From: Ptychomitrium polyphyllum
Lineage: Eukaryota
Assembly (NCBI GenBank): GCA_973851085.1
Contig: OZ316776.1
Location: 9,300,001 to 9,364,000 of the forward strand
Direction: 5' to 3'
DNA: 64,000 nt
The stretch's first letter is position 1; each line of letters starts with the position of its first letter. The notes under the pieces are model-generated. The model made no database searches, had not been told where the DNA came from, and was given only the letters and a program-made list of their open reading frames with translations. The position numbers and the translations under genes are program-made. Positions 51,201 to 64,000 of the stretch are shown here, piece after piece.

Positions 51201-54200
51201 AATTATTTTGCAAAGCACACCATTATATAGCATCATAGATCAGTTTCTAATGATGAATTTTCTTAACAATTTTTTGATTTAATCTTTAAACATATGAACT
51301 AATGTCAAATAAGGTCAAAAAATCAAAAGTTTAAATAATACAATTAAATAATGTATGATGATTAGACTAAATTATACAATCCATTACAAGTTATCAACAT
51401 ATAAAAAGGAAAGCCCTTTTCTAAATGTAGTGCTAGGGCATCATGTCCCTTGTAAAGTTCCATTTATAGATTTATTGAGCCTTATTTTCATTTAATCATG
51501 GATTGTAAAATAAATCCCTTTGTATTTCGGCTATTGAATTTAACAATATGATAATCATATTATTACCACTTCCAAGCCCATGAATATTTGTTATTTTACA
51601 ATTGGTCTTAAAATATCTTCTTCAACTATAATTAATTGAATGTGGTAATATATCACCAAATATAAGCTTATTCCTTGTAGTTTGGCCCTCATTGTTGTCA
51701 TGTTGTAGTTCACTTCTATTTTTTTATAATTAAAAATTTCCTTCACTTCCTTATTAATTACATGGTGTTCTATTTTTGAAGCAATATCAATACATTAAGA
51801 TTACTTTCCATAATAAACAACTTAAATATCTTACAAGCAAGTGTATCAAGTATGTAGTTGTTATTTATTAATGCAATTGCCAACAAGTTAATCTCATAGA
51901 ATGACTTGATTATACCATTAATAAATTGAAGATTTTAAGCGTTTTAATACTTTTTATACACTTTTTAAGAATCATATTCATTTTTAATTCAATATATAGT
52001 TTCATGATCAATTGCAATAGGTTCTTTCAAAGAAGAATTTACCTAATAATGGAAATTGGCCAAAGCGGCATTTATAAGCTTGACATTTACAACCACCGTT
52101 TTATATGCTCTCAACACTTATGTCTTTTTGTTTTTGATTAAAACATGTAAAAAAAATAAAAATATGCATTGTATCTTGTGATTTTTTAAAGAATATCAAT
52201 ACATTATTTACATCCATTCTTATCAATAAAAATAATAACATGTACCAACATTCAATGCTCTATATGTTCTAAATAATCTTTTAACATATAGTACTTTGTT
52301 CTTTATTTCTTCATATATTACCTTTGCCATGTCCACAACATTCAAAGATCAATAAGTGTTTTTGGCCATCTTCGTTGCATTTTCTACATCAAAAATGGAT
52401 TTTGACACCTTAACATAATATTAATGCCAAAGTTTTTTGGATTTGCCTGTTGCAAATATATGATCTGATTTTGTATGATGTTGCTGAATTCTAAATGGCT
52501 ATTGTGGTTATACAATCTAAATCCATTTACTTTCTCATTTTTAAAATGCCTTTTTATAATTAAACAATTTAAGTTATTTTAGAATCTTATAGTATCAAAG
52601 CTTGAATTAAAAGGAATGAATGACCGTTCTTCGCAAAATTCTTGTAATTTATTCTTTGCTGATTTTTCTTATTATCCATCTTGTATAACATTTTTAATAA
52701 TCCGTTCTACTTTACTACATAAATTACTACCAATGCCAACATTTCACCGTTATAATATATTTAAATTTTTTATTGTCATTTAACCAAATATGCCATAGTA
52801 TACAACGTGTTTGAAATAACATCTTCTGTGTTTTGAATGACCATAAGAAATATACCCATTGTATTTTATAATGCTCTTAACTATTGTTTATAAAAATGCA
52901 AAATCTGCATTGGAAATTGCATGAAAAGGTATCTACGACCTTTTGACAGATATTCTTCTTGATTTTGCTTTCTTGTATTATTCTTGTTCACTTTTGTATT
53001 AAATTCTAACATTTCTTGAATGCCTCACACATCTTCTTTAATGCCTTCCAAATGCTACATTATTTGCATTTAGAAAGTATTGCTCTATAAAGAAGTCAAA
53101 ACATTATGGAAGATAATTCATGAGTATTTAACTACATATAATTTTCTTACATTAACAAAACTTTCACTAGAATAGGCTATGGTCTTATAAAGTTGGGCAA
53201 GTATTAAATTCTTGCAAGCACTTAAAGATTCTACAATGATCTCTTTAAAATCCATAGTTTATTGAAACAATATTAATGTAATGAAAAAATTTAAGGCAAA
53301 GATAGAATTAAGTAGAAATTAAAGTAATTTAAGCAAATAATCTTATGGTGGTCATTTTTCCATGGGCGCTATTCATGAAATTACTTCATCACCAAGTACA
53401 AGGTGAAAACTTTAAAAATATATTATATTGGAATGTTAAAATCAAAAGTGGTAGTAATTAGCTTGGCCTATAAAGTTATGGATTAATATTGGTAATATGG
53501 TTAGGAAATGAAAGCATAAGTATTATTTTCAATTAAAAATTGTGGTGGTAATAGGCTTAATATTTAAAAAAAGATTATGTGCATTATATAAACAAATGAA
53601 AAATATGTTTAATTCTTATTATAGCTAGATTTATTACATACATACTTTATATTATTTTAATATCTTTCATATAAAAGTTAAATACAACATAATACAATGA
53701 AATCAATAAATAACTTTTTCAAGACTTAAGCAAGAATTGCAACCAAGAGTACATAATACTATTATAGCATTTCTCAAGTATATAAAACAAAAGGAGTAGT
53801 TTTACATTACTTTGAAAATGAAATCTAACCAAATTCTTCTAAATTAGTTCATCAAAAAATATTACTTTTTCATGATATTTATCAAAAAGTTTTATTTTAT
53901 AGGCTTTTAAAGCTTAAACAAATTAGCCATCACTAAACAAGATATGGTTTTTAGTGTTTAATGATTAACACCACTTTTTCTTACAATGTATGGATCTTTT
54001 AATATATTTTATTATATTGAATATGTATATACATACATATGTGTTATTTTGATTAAGTTTTTCTTTGATATTTTTTGGTTTTCAATAAAGACTTTATAAT
54101 AAGGTTTTCAACAATTTAACCTAGTGTCAATTACATCATGTTTCAACATAAGTGATGATGACGATGCTAGCGTTACCAAATACACTGCATTGATATGTAC

Positions 54201-54329
54201 ATTAGTATGTATAAGGGTGATTTTCGAGTTTATAATAATTATGTACACTTGGAAAATGCTTGCTTTGTGGTTAATGAACATTTTTTAACAAATGTATTAG
54301 TACAATTCTTCAAATATGAATTCAAGGTG

Positions 54330-54362
54330 ATGTACTCCAGTCTTGATAAGACTGGAGTACAT
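54330..54362. repeat. Perfect inverted repeat, 15-bp arms, 3-nt loop
   Basis: ATGTACTCCAGTCTT-GAT-AAGACTGGAGTACAT. Confidence 0.9.
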
Positions 54363-54773
54363 ATATATGTGCATGAGTTCCTTCTAAACTGGAATTGAGT
54401 TCCTCCTCTTCAACCTAAGCTACAAGGAATTCAGAAGTTGCTAGAATGTTTCTGTACAAGGTCACACCTACTTCCCGCACCCAATCCCACCTGCACTATA
54501 TCATGATTCATATGTCCTGGTGCTGAGGTTTGCAACCTATCACTCTTAACCTGGCAGCTTCAAAATATACCCCACATAAAGCTTCTTCTGGCAAAAGCAA
54601 ACGCATATGCAATTATAAAATCCAATTTTAAGAGATTTATCAACTAATCAACTGATTCATCTCCAACATCTATGTGAAAAACCTTCACAAAGTCACTAAA
54701 CTGAAGTTGGTACATTCCTTGAAATCCTTAAATGCGCAATAATAGGTCCTTCTACCCTATGTGGAACTTACTG

Positions 54774-55094
54774 TGACGCATCACCAACACCCGAGCGACT
54801 TTGAATAAAGACGCCATTATCTGGCCCCATGTCCACGTCACGCACGACGTGGAATCCACGTCAGGAGCCGACTCTCAACGCCCTACGACCTCACGTGGAC
54901 GGCCCTCTTTCCACCAAACCAGACCCACGATCTTCAGAGCAATACAGCGACAGGTCCAATAATACCCGCTTCACAACCAACCAGGTATAGACACCAACCC
55001 TGCATCACCAAGACATCCGTCGCAAAGTTGACGACGACTCTCCCTTGTCACTGCTCCGATATCGACATATACCCACCTCGATATCTCCACGTCA
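54774..55094 (+). promoter_or_regulatory. Cluster of ACGT-core bZIP sites upstream of HGO
   Basis: CCACGTCA at 54833, 54856 and 55087; GACGTGG at 54846; CACGTG at 54892; TGACG at 54774. Confidence 0.55.
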
Positions 55095-56191
55095 GAGTCT
55101 CAGTTAATAGGGACAACTGAGTATGACAAGGATATCCGCCGGGTAGGACACACCCGAGACTCCTTGAGTCACTCGCTTCGCCATTCTCTTTCAGATACCC
55201 GCACCAGTACAAAGGAGTATTCTTGTAGTATCACCACAGCCTCGATATAGTATCACCTAGATAAGAGGACACTGTGCACTCTCGCGAGCTCCTTGTGTTT
55301 CACAGTCGCTTCTGTTCTCGTCGTCGTTTGCTTCTCTGCAGCCAATTCAGCTCCCCAGTCGCTCCCATCGCTGCCCTCATCGAGTATTCTTCCCATGTGC
55401 ACCTCTTCTGCAGGTGGGTTTTCACTCCTCATCTCTCAAGACGTAAAATTGCGCTGATCGATTGCCGTTTGTCAGCCAACTTTTCTCTCTCTAAGTTCCA
55501 CTTCTGGGTTCTTTCGCTTTCCAGATTTGGGTGGAAATGAGTTTTGTGAGAGAATGATCTTTGAAAGGTTTTGATTCCGCTTCCTGTACTTTTGTTCTTG
55601 TAGCGCTTTTACTTTGATCGTGTCGTCATGTCGTGTTCGGAGAGAGAGCGAGAGAGACAGACAGTGAGAAAATGAGAGGTTGGTGTTGGGCGAGTTGAGG
55701 AGCTTCACGGAGTTCCGCTTCGGAGAGCTCGGATGTTTTGTGAGGTAGGGCAGAGATAATCGATGCTTGCGCAGAGTTGATGATTCTTCTAGGTGCGAGT
55801 TCAGTTCTAGAACGCGAGAGGCTTCAGTGCTGCAAGTATGCTGTGACCGGTGCATTTGTAAGTTTTTTCTTATGTCGTTATTGCTTTTGGGAAATGTTAC
55901 AAATAATTTCGTTGTTCAGGTTGATGTTCAGGATTTATGGCATATGGTTTTGTTCTGTCGATTGGTGCGGCTTTTTTACATCTTTGAGATATATGCTGTG
56001 GGTTTTCGGCTTTGATTTGTTTTTATCTGCATGACTTTGGTCATTGCGGATTCGTTTGAATGGTGGAGTTTTTGACCAATCTAGCAAACCGTGTGTTGAA
56101 ATGTGAAGTGGATTTTCTTGTTTGTTTGTTTAGATTCCCGCAAAGCGGGCTCTGAATGTGTTGGTACTCGCAAGTGGGTTGTACAGCTTAG

Positions 56192-58961
56192 ATGGCCATG
56201 GAGAAAGTTAATGGATTGATGGAGGAATTGAAAGTACACGAAGACGTTGATTCAAACCATGATACGGGTTTTGAAGATTTGGAATACCAACGAGGTTTCG
56301 GAAACCATTTTTCAACAGAGGTGTTGAAGGGGGCGCTGCCGGTGGGACAGAACAGCCCCCTTAAGTGCCCATTTGGGCTCTATGCTGAGCAGATATCTGG
56401 CACTGCGTTCACTGTTCCGCGGATGCACAATCAGAGAAGGTGCTCACTGAACTGGTTTCTATTCAGATCGCATGAGAAGGTTTTGTGAATTGTGTTGGTG
56501 TGCAAGTCGATTGTACATTGATCGACGTCTGCCTGTTGTTTGTTAACAGCTGGTTGTACCGGATAAAGCCATCGGTGACGCATGAGCCGTTTCATCCCCG
56601 TGAGCCAATACACAAACGACTACTGAGCGATTTCAGTTCCACTTCTGCTGCATCAGTAACACCCACGCAACTGAGATGGAAACCACCCCCTATTCCCGAG
56701 GCTGATACCAATTTCATCGATGGGCTTTACACCGTTTGCGGAGCTGGGAGCCCGTTTCTCCGTCACGGCTATGCCGTCCACATGTACATCCATTTTCTTC
56801 TCACTCGTGTATTTTGTTGGAACTGCTTTTAGTTTTTAGTTCCTTTACTTTGTCTCTAGTTCTGATGAAATACATTGCGACGGTGTCTTTAGGTACACTG
56901 CGAACATATCTATGGAGGGTTGTGCATTTGCCAATGCAGATGGGGATATTCTTGTTGTCCCACAATTAGGACGTAAGCTCTTGATCTAGTATTCTGATGA
57001 TGGGCGTTTAGCTCTGATGATTGATTATGCACCAATAGTTATGTGACGCTAATGTTGCTACTGTCGGTAGATATTACTACTGTTGGTGCATAAATCTCTT
57101 AAATTTCTTTCCTCATGATGTTCTTCCTAGATGTTTGTATTCAAGCTGCTTCTTATCGCACCACTTAATTAATACAGGTCATCTAGAGCAGCAGTAAGTG
57201 ATACCATCATGATATTGTTCGGTTTGCAGGCTTATGGATCAAGACTGAGATGGGCAAATTAGAAGTGAAGCCTGGGGAGCTCGTGGTTTTGCAGCTTGGC
57301 ATACGGTTCGCTATTGAGCTACCTGATGGTCCTTCTAGAGGATATGTTGTCGAGGTTTTCAGCGGCCATTTTCAGTTACCAGATCTTGGCCCTATTGGTA
57401 GGTTCTTTCTCGTTTCTAAAACTCTTTATGGTTTAGTTATTCTAGGTCTACATACAGATTGAATCCAGTAATGAACAGATTGATGTAACTGGTCCAAAGG
57501 TTAGGCTGAGAGGTTTCAAATACTCGGCTTCTTGTGTGTAGAAGTTGATGTGATCGGTAACATGGGTTGGATATGTTGAAGTGCAGGTGCAAACGGACTT
57601 GCAGACCCACGAGACTTCCTGACACCAAAAGCTTGGTTTGAGGAGAAGAGCTTCGGGACAAGAGGGTTCACAGTCATTCACAAATTTGGTGGCGCGCTCT
57701 TTGATGCCAAGCAGGACTTTTCACCGTTCAACGTCGTTGCGTGGCATGGAAATTATGCCCCATATAAGGTGAGACATGATTTTTTGGCATTTGTCCTTTT
57801 ACTTAAATCGTCGACTCCAGGCCAAGGGTTCCGGAAATTTACCTGTAATGTCTTCTAAAGTCATGCAAGTAGTTAAATAGCATTCTATTTCAAAATCAAG
57901 GGCATTTTCTTGGGCCCTATTGATTACCTCGTTTCTTTGTTGCGTTGAACTCAGTACAATTTGAAGAAGTTCTGCCCCTTCAACACTGTGCTGTTTGATC
58001 ACGCCGACCCTTCAATCAATACAGGTATAGTCTAAAATTATAGTTTTATTACCAATCTTATATTTACCTTCATTCCTAGCATGTATACCGATTAGACTGC
58101 TGTTACTATGACTACACAGAACTAGTGTACCAACAGTGAGTGTTTGAGAATGACTTTTTGGATATTGAAATTGTAATCAGTATTAACTGTTCCGTCGGAG
58201 AAGCCGGGCGTGGCTGTGGTGGACTTTGTGGTCTTTCCTCCGAGGTGGTCTGTTGCCGAACATACTTTTCGACCACCTTACTTTCACCGGAACTGCATGA
58301 GTGAATTCATGGGTCTTATTTACGGCCTGTATGAGGTAAGCATCGTGAACAATCAATTCGGAGTTCGGAAAACCATTGAATGCGAGAGAAGTAGAGGAAA
58401 TCCGATACACATCCTCTTCAGTGAGGAGTTTGTTCTATGAAACGCAGATTCAGACATTGGTGACGGAGATTCAGCTGATTTGCAAGGTTTTGCATATTGC
58501 AGGGAAAGGCTGATGGTTTTGTTCCAGGAGGAGCGAGCCTTCACAATTGCATGACTCCTCACGGCGTAGATACTGCTACTTACGAGGTATTTCCTGCTTG
58601 ATTCTGGGTCTCAAGTCGAATGAAACTCAATTTTAGAGAAAAATGTTACAGTATAAATTCAGAAGAATTCTTCCAAAGAAGGCACAGCTGCATCAACTTT
58701 GCCATGACTTGTTTGGACTACTACTAGAATTTGACTTTAAGCATGCCCAATGTTTTTTTGCAGAGAACCATTTGTGAGGACCCGAAGCCATCCAAAATAC
58801 CTGATCATGCGTTGGCTTTCATGTTCGAGTCATCTCTGATTCCTCGTGTCACTCCTTGGTCCCTAAACAGTCCAGAACGGGATCCTGATTACTACAAGTG
58901 TTGGATCGGCTTACGCTCCCATTTCGATCGCACTAATGAACCTGAGGCAGAGGAAGCATGA
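56192..58961 (+). CDS. HGO: Homogentisate 1,2-dioxygenase; join(56192..56439,56550..56783,56893..56972,57230..57397,57587..57768,57955..58024,58181..58335,58503..58586,58764..58961)
   Basis: Motifs [95 protein letters not shown] and LAFMFES. GT-AG introns; probable 5'UTR intron at ~55414-56133. Confidence 0.96.
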
Positions 58962-61900
58962 ATGAACTACGTAACTGGTGAGCCCAGCAGCGGCGACCAG
59001 GTTACTGTTCATAATGCCAAGTTGTTTCGTTGAATCACAGGTGTTCGGAGTTGTACTTGTAGATTGGTCTAAGGACTCCTTATCAACTTGGCACTATGGG
59101 ATATAACCTTCTTCTGACCCACCAACGAAAACCAAAGCACTGCAGAGCAGAAACTTGGTATTATGGAGAGCGGAATGGAGGAACCTTGTGGCTTCAGATT
59201 GATCCTTGGACCTTCAAGTTCTGAAAACATGTAGAATAAATATGTAGAATTATTTCATGGTATTAACTGGTTCTGGAAAATTATTTATAGAGATTCCACT
59301 AGAATAATTGTACATTTATCAATACGCAGTTCCTGGTTTCTCTGGTCAAAGATATACCTTATCGCACTTCTTGCCTTTTGGGTTGTATTCTGTTGGAAGC
59401 TTAAAGCTGATTTAGATGTGGTCAAATATGCTTAAGCTTTGTGAAATGCCCATGCTTACTAAACTTGCAAATGTGCTGTAACTGACAGGTTAATTCCTTT
59501 AAAGGCGGGAATACATTTGTATGAGAAGAAATACTAATGTTTAGTCACCACATACACCAAGTAAAATAATTCAATTTGGTTCTATGTTCTTAGACAATAG
59601 TATTATCCATAATAGAGTTATCCATAAAGATAGCTCAAAGAAAAAAGTTTTGACAAAGTTATGTCATAAAGCAAAACACAAGATATAATCTATCACAAAA
59701 TAATGTCATTGTTTTTTATGCCTCTTTATAGATTCCAAGCCTTCCAAAACAACTATAAATCTATATATGTCTACAATATAGAATAATATATAATAGTACC
59801 CAAATATAATACAACATTATATAATTAGTGCACACCTAGATACGAACTATATAATCCAATTGAAAGAAAAATGATCAACCATCATTTTAAATTTTCTTAT
59901 ATTAACTAAATTTTTTTGGAGATCAATGGATGTTGTATTAATACAAACAATTTGAACTTGACTTTTTAAGGAATTACATAATCCTCCAAAGATGCTCAAA
60001 GCTCTTAATTTTTGATATATCACATTGATTGTTAAAACTTATGATACATAATTGTGTTTAATATAAATGAACATATTGTACTTTGATCACATGTTGATGA
60101 TGTGTTTGACAAACGAGATATATGCATTAGAGATGTTAACATTAGTTTTATGTACTAATATTGTATATTAGAATTGAGAATCCTTAACTATCATTTATTG
60201 AGTAAGAATGTGCATAATCAAATTTTGAATCTTACAATGCATTATATAGAATTGAAATTCAAACAAGTTACATCACATAGTATTAAGTAATATCAATGGA
60301 ATTAGCTATAGATTGTTTTAATTGAATTTTAAATACTTCAAAAGCACTTATTATGCTTTTTAGAAAATTTATGCATTATAAAAATATATTAATAAAATGA
60401 ATAGTTAGTTAAATATAAACATACTTTTTAAATTTGTAGTAGAATAATATTATAAGTCTCTTTAAACATCTTGTGTTTCAATCTTTTGAAATTTCTTTCA
60501 GAATGTTTTTAAAACAAGGCATTTTTAAATGACCATTATGTCAACAATTAGTGAAATCTTTCCATATAAGGATCCAAATCAACTAAAAATTATAAAAAAA
60601 TTCTTCCAATAGAAGACTTCTTTTTATTTAATCCAATTTTTTTTGAGCTTTTGTGTTCTTTAAATGCCACTTGTTACAAGCTCATAATACGTCATAACAA
60701 AACCATAAGTATTATACTCATGTAAGAATTTTAAATCAAATATTTTAACATTATTATTTAGTAGTTAAAAAATTTCTCATACTATTCACAAATTAATACC
60801 CACCACAATTGGCTACTACTACATTGTACATTCCATTTCTATCTAAACATGGTTTATTTAATATTTGTCATATAATACAAGTACATGGTTTTTTTTTATA
60901 TCATTTTGTAAAATTGGCAAATATGGCTAATGCAAATCTATTAAAAAATATGCAATTTCTTTAGGAAAATTCAAAAATTGCTTGAAAGTAAAAGAAAGAC
61001 TTGAATGATGGAAATATTGACATGGTCGTATTTTACCTTAATTTCATCAAAGTCCACATTCCAACTTAGAATTATGAACCTAGTGGTTAAATCAACAAAG
61101 TTCAATTAATTCCATGAATTTCTAAATGAAATACAAACTCATTTGATAAAATTCATGTCCTCTATTTGTTTTAAGAAATTGAACTTTATTTAACAAAAAA
61201 TTTAGCTTCAAATTGTACTTTGATTGTTTTGAAATGTAATTTTTAAATTTTTGCTTCATAACGTGAAGATAACTCTTTCATATCTTATTATAAATAAAAA
61301 CCCTAAAACAAGTTCTTTTAAACTTTATGTACATTTGGTAATATAGGTAGTTCCTTCATTTAATTAGCATTAGATAAATGGTACAATCTAATCTAGTATA
61401 AAATGCCCTTATTTTTTTAACTTCTTTTTCATTTCATTAGTAAAAGCTATATATTTTGTTTATACTATTAAATTGACTTGTTTAGCTATTCATTTCCTAC
61501 AAACCTATATAGTCATTTTGTTCTTTGCCAATCACATAACACAAACCATACTAGTAAATATTAAAAACATTATTAAACAAATTTTGACTTTTAAAAAAAA
61601 TGGCATAACAAAAAAAACAACATAATATTCTCAATTTTATACAAAAAAGAGAACATTTTTAATATTTACATAAATACTTTTTTATGCTTTGATGATATAT
61701 GTGGGATTTTTATACCAATGATTTCAATTGACATAGTTTAATGATTGATGTGTATTAAATTTTTTTTTTTTAAAAATGCAAAAAATTCTAAGACAATATC
61801 TTATTAGAAGTTCTATTGCAATAGCAAAGTAGGGCCATGCAAATAAAGGATGTTGAAATTTTTTTATTTACACAAAACATTTAAACATGTTCATGCTAAA

Positions 61901-62880
61901 GATCAACCACATAAACATATCATTCTTAATGACTTCCATTTTTGTAAATATGTTATATATGTAATTCATCTAAGGTCCTAAAGGTAACAAGGTTCTTCAA
62001 ATTACAAACAAAAAAGGCATGAATAATTTTTACAATAAGAGTTTTATTTAACATTAGGATGACCTTATTTTGACGTTAGAGTTCTTTGTAGTGAAAACCG
62101 CTAATGGATTTCGATTACACAATATGCTTCAATCCACCTCTTCTCCCTTTACCATTGAAAAACATAAGCATTTCCTATAAAATCATTATGCAAGATTTAG
62201 CGCAGTCCTATGAGTTGCAATATAAAGGTAGCACACTCACCATCACCATGGCTTAGACCTTCACATTTCCTACGAGCCCACTAAGTGTAGTTCATGACCA
62301 ACCAATCCTCGAGCACCTAATTCACATGCATGAAGAATCACCATGCAAACCCTCCCTCACCTCACCCTCACTCCACCTTCAGCACGCCTGGGTAAAATCC
62401 AACACCTCAAGCACACGCACTCCAGAGCTCCCAGAGCAGAATCCAACAACAAGTCGGAAAGCAAAGGAGAAGAGGCCAACACCGTTGTACTACAGTCCCA
62501 GAACTCCCTCAGATAAGCACGGAAGAATCTCTTCCCTCAGCACCGAATAATACAAGGCTAATGATCGAAGCTGAACAGCCCTCTGCCAACACATAGTTCA
62601 CCAATCTCAGAACAGTCCCCAAAAATCGGTGCTACGATTGTGAATGGGACCCTGGCTAGAACTGCATGAAGACCGAACGGCGACGTCGCACTCGGTCTCC
62701 CAGACGCCGACCTCGAGGCTAGAACTGAACGGCGCAGGCCTCGCAGACAGCGACCCGGATCTAGAGCTAGGTCGCAGACGGCCACCTGGCTGGAAGTGGG
62801 TTGGGGGAGCTTCGTCGTCTCGCGGACGCCGACCTGGAGACGAGGGTTGGATGGTGAGTCCTTTTTCGGGGCCGACCGGG

Positions 62881-63378
62881 CTAGAACTGGATTGTGAGGA
62901 GGAGCATTTTCGCCTCGCGGACGCCGACCTTGAGCGCGAAGAAGTCTGCGACGGAAAGCTCGGAGCGATCGAACATGTCGAACATGGCTTGGAACTCCAG
63001 GTCGTTCATGGCGAGCAGCGTGCGTACCGTGAAGCCGCGCAGCGTGTGCGCCAGCGCCCTGGGGTCTTTCGCGAACCCGCGCAGGATGTCCTCTACGCGG
63101 GCGTTATGCAGGTGCGGCGGTGACGCATCGCTGGCGAAGTCTGCCTCTGCCTCTACTTCTGTCTCTGTCTGCGTCTGCGCCGACGAAGGCTTGGAGCCCA
63201 TGGACGACGCAGTGCCACCATGCGTGGACGCCGACGCGCGCGAGCACACGGATTCTGCGGCCCTGTGCGGGATGAAGTGCAGGTTGCCGTGCTCCAGGCA
63301 CAGGTGCTCGATGTTTGAGTTCCCGAACACGAAGCCCTCCGTCTGCGCTTCAAAACTGGCGTGGTTCCATCTCAGCAT
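62881..63378 (-). CDS. Small protein with a LEAFY/FLORICAULA-type SAM-like domain and no DNA-binding domain (start ATG 63378 or 63201); may be a pseudogene
   Basis: VEDILRGF...GFTVRTLLAMNDLEFQAMFD...ELSVADFFALKVGVREAK aligns by eye with the LFY N-terminal SAM consensus as I recall it (LEELF..YG...LGFTVSTL.GMKDEELDEM...WELLVGERYGIKAAVRAE). Composition is GC-rich and coding-like. Confidence 0.6.
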   Translation of the reverse strand: MLRWNHASFEAQTEGFVFGNSNIEHLCLEHGNLHFIPHRAAESVCSRASASTHGGTASSMGSKPSSAQTQTETEVEAEADFASDASPPHLHNARVEDILRGFAKDPRALAHTLRGFTVRTLLAMNDLEFQAMFDMFDRSELSVADFFALKVGVREAKMLLLTIQF

Positions 63379-64000
63379 CACTCCGCTTTGGCGCTAGATG
63401 GCGAGACCATTACTTGCGTCACATTGCTAATCGCTCTTGCGGGTCACTAGAAACCTCGATCTGGAGACAACGCCACTTCCAGGACTGACACTCCGAGGAT
63501 GCGTGGCGCTCATCTGCGCGGAAGGTGAAGAAAGAAACGAAACCCTAAATTTTTGAGCTCGGATTTCTAAAAAATTCCACGTCTGCTGGCCTCGCCTGCG
63601 ATAGTTGTGAGCTTAAGCAGAGTCGCGATCTTGTCTACTAGTAAGCGCTTGAACCAATGACGACCTCCTGGGCAAGTTTTTACAGACAATTTGCAAACGG
63701 ATGGGTTTCCTTCTCAAAGCCCAAGTCGCCGAAACGCTGCGCAATTTCTACTCTCGCCGCTGAGAAAGCTAAGCCTGCAACTCAGTCTACTGCAAGAGCT
63801 TCAGTTGAGATGGATCGCACGAAAATGGAAGAAGAAAATACGCAGTGAGAAATGATAATGACTGCGGCCTCAAGCAACGTTCAGAACCCTTCTTTGTACC
63901 TGCAAATGCAGGTTCTAAGAGGAGCCGATGAGCACTGAGAGGAATTTTATATAATTGAGGTGCTGGTACTGTCGAAAAGGCTTGAATCGGCGAGGATGAG

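Noticed and set aside
49700..54300. AT-rich spacer (also 8300-12850, 20700-22800, 59500-62100) as specific transposon families
   Set aside because: Probably contains decayed TE debris, but I could not identify terminal repeats or transposase/RT motifs.
62644..63397. Plus-strand ORFs 62644..63123 and 62894..63397
   Set aside because: Likely antisense shadows of GC-rich coding DNA; the recognisable domain is on the minus strand.
63450..64000. Start of a further plus-strand gene (telo-box ~63540, acceptor-like TGCAG ~63911)
   Set aside because: Truncated by the window edge; no assignable coding sequence.

Overview
Eukaryotic land-plant genomic DNA, most likely a moss (inferred from the gene content and from GC-richer genes set in very AT-rich spacers). 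I could build spliced models for 10 protein-coding loci: a GT47/exostosin ARAD1-like glycosyltransferase (-), U1 snRNP protein C (+), a plant protein of unknown function (-), two tandem membrane-anchored UDP-glucuronate decarboxylases (UXS, -), a SLAC1/SLAH anion channel (+), a hydroxyproline O-arabinosyltransferase (HPAT, +), a SOBIR1/CORYNE-clade LRR receptor kinase (-), homogentisate 1,2-dioxygenase (+), and a short ORF (-) carrying a LEAFY-type SAM domain with no LEAFY DNA-binding domain. The most notable observations are: (1) the stand-alone LFY-like SAM protein, a candidate microProtein or decayed LFY copy; (2) a ~2.05 kb near-identical tract, introns included, shared by the otherwise diverged UXS paralogs, which suggests gene conversion; (3) a U12-type AT-AC intron in both UXS genes; (4) a consensus 5' splice site upstream of the U1-C start codon whose use would remove the ATG. 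No rRNA, tRNA or CRISPR features were seen. Family assignments rest on motif recognition by eye, not on database searches.
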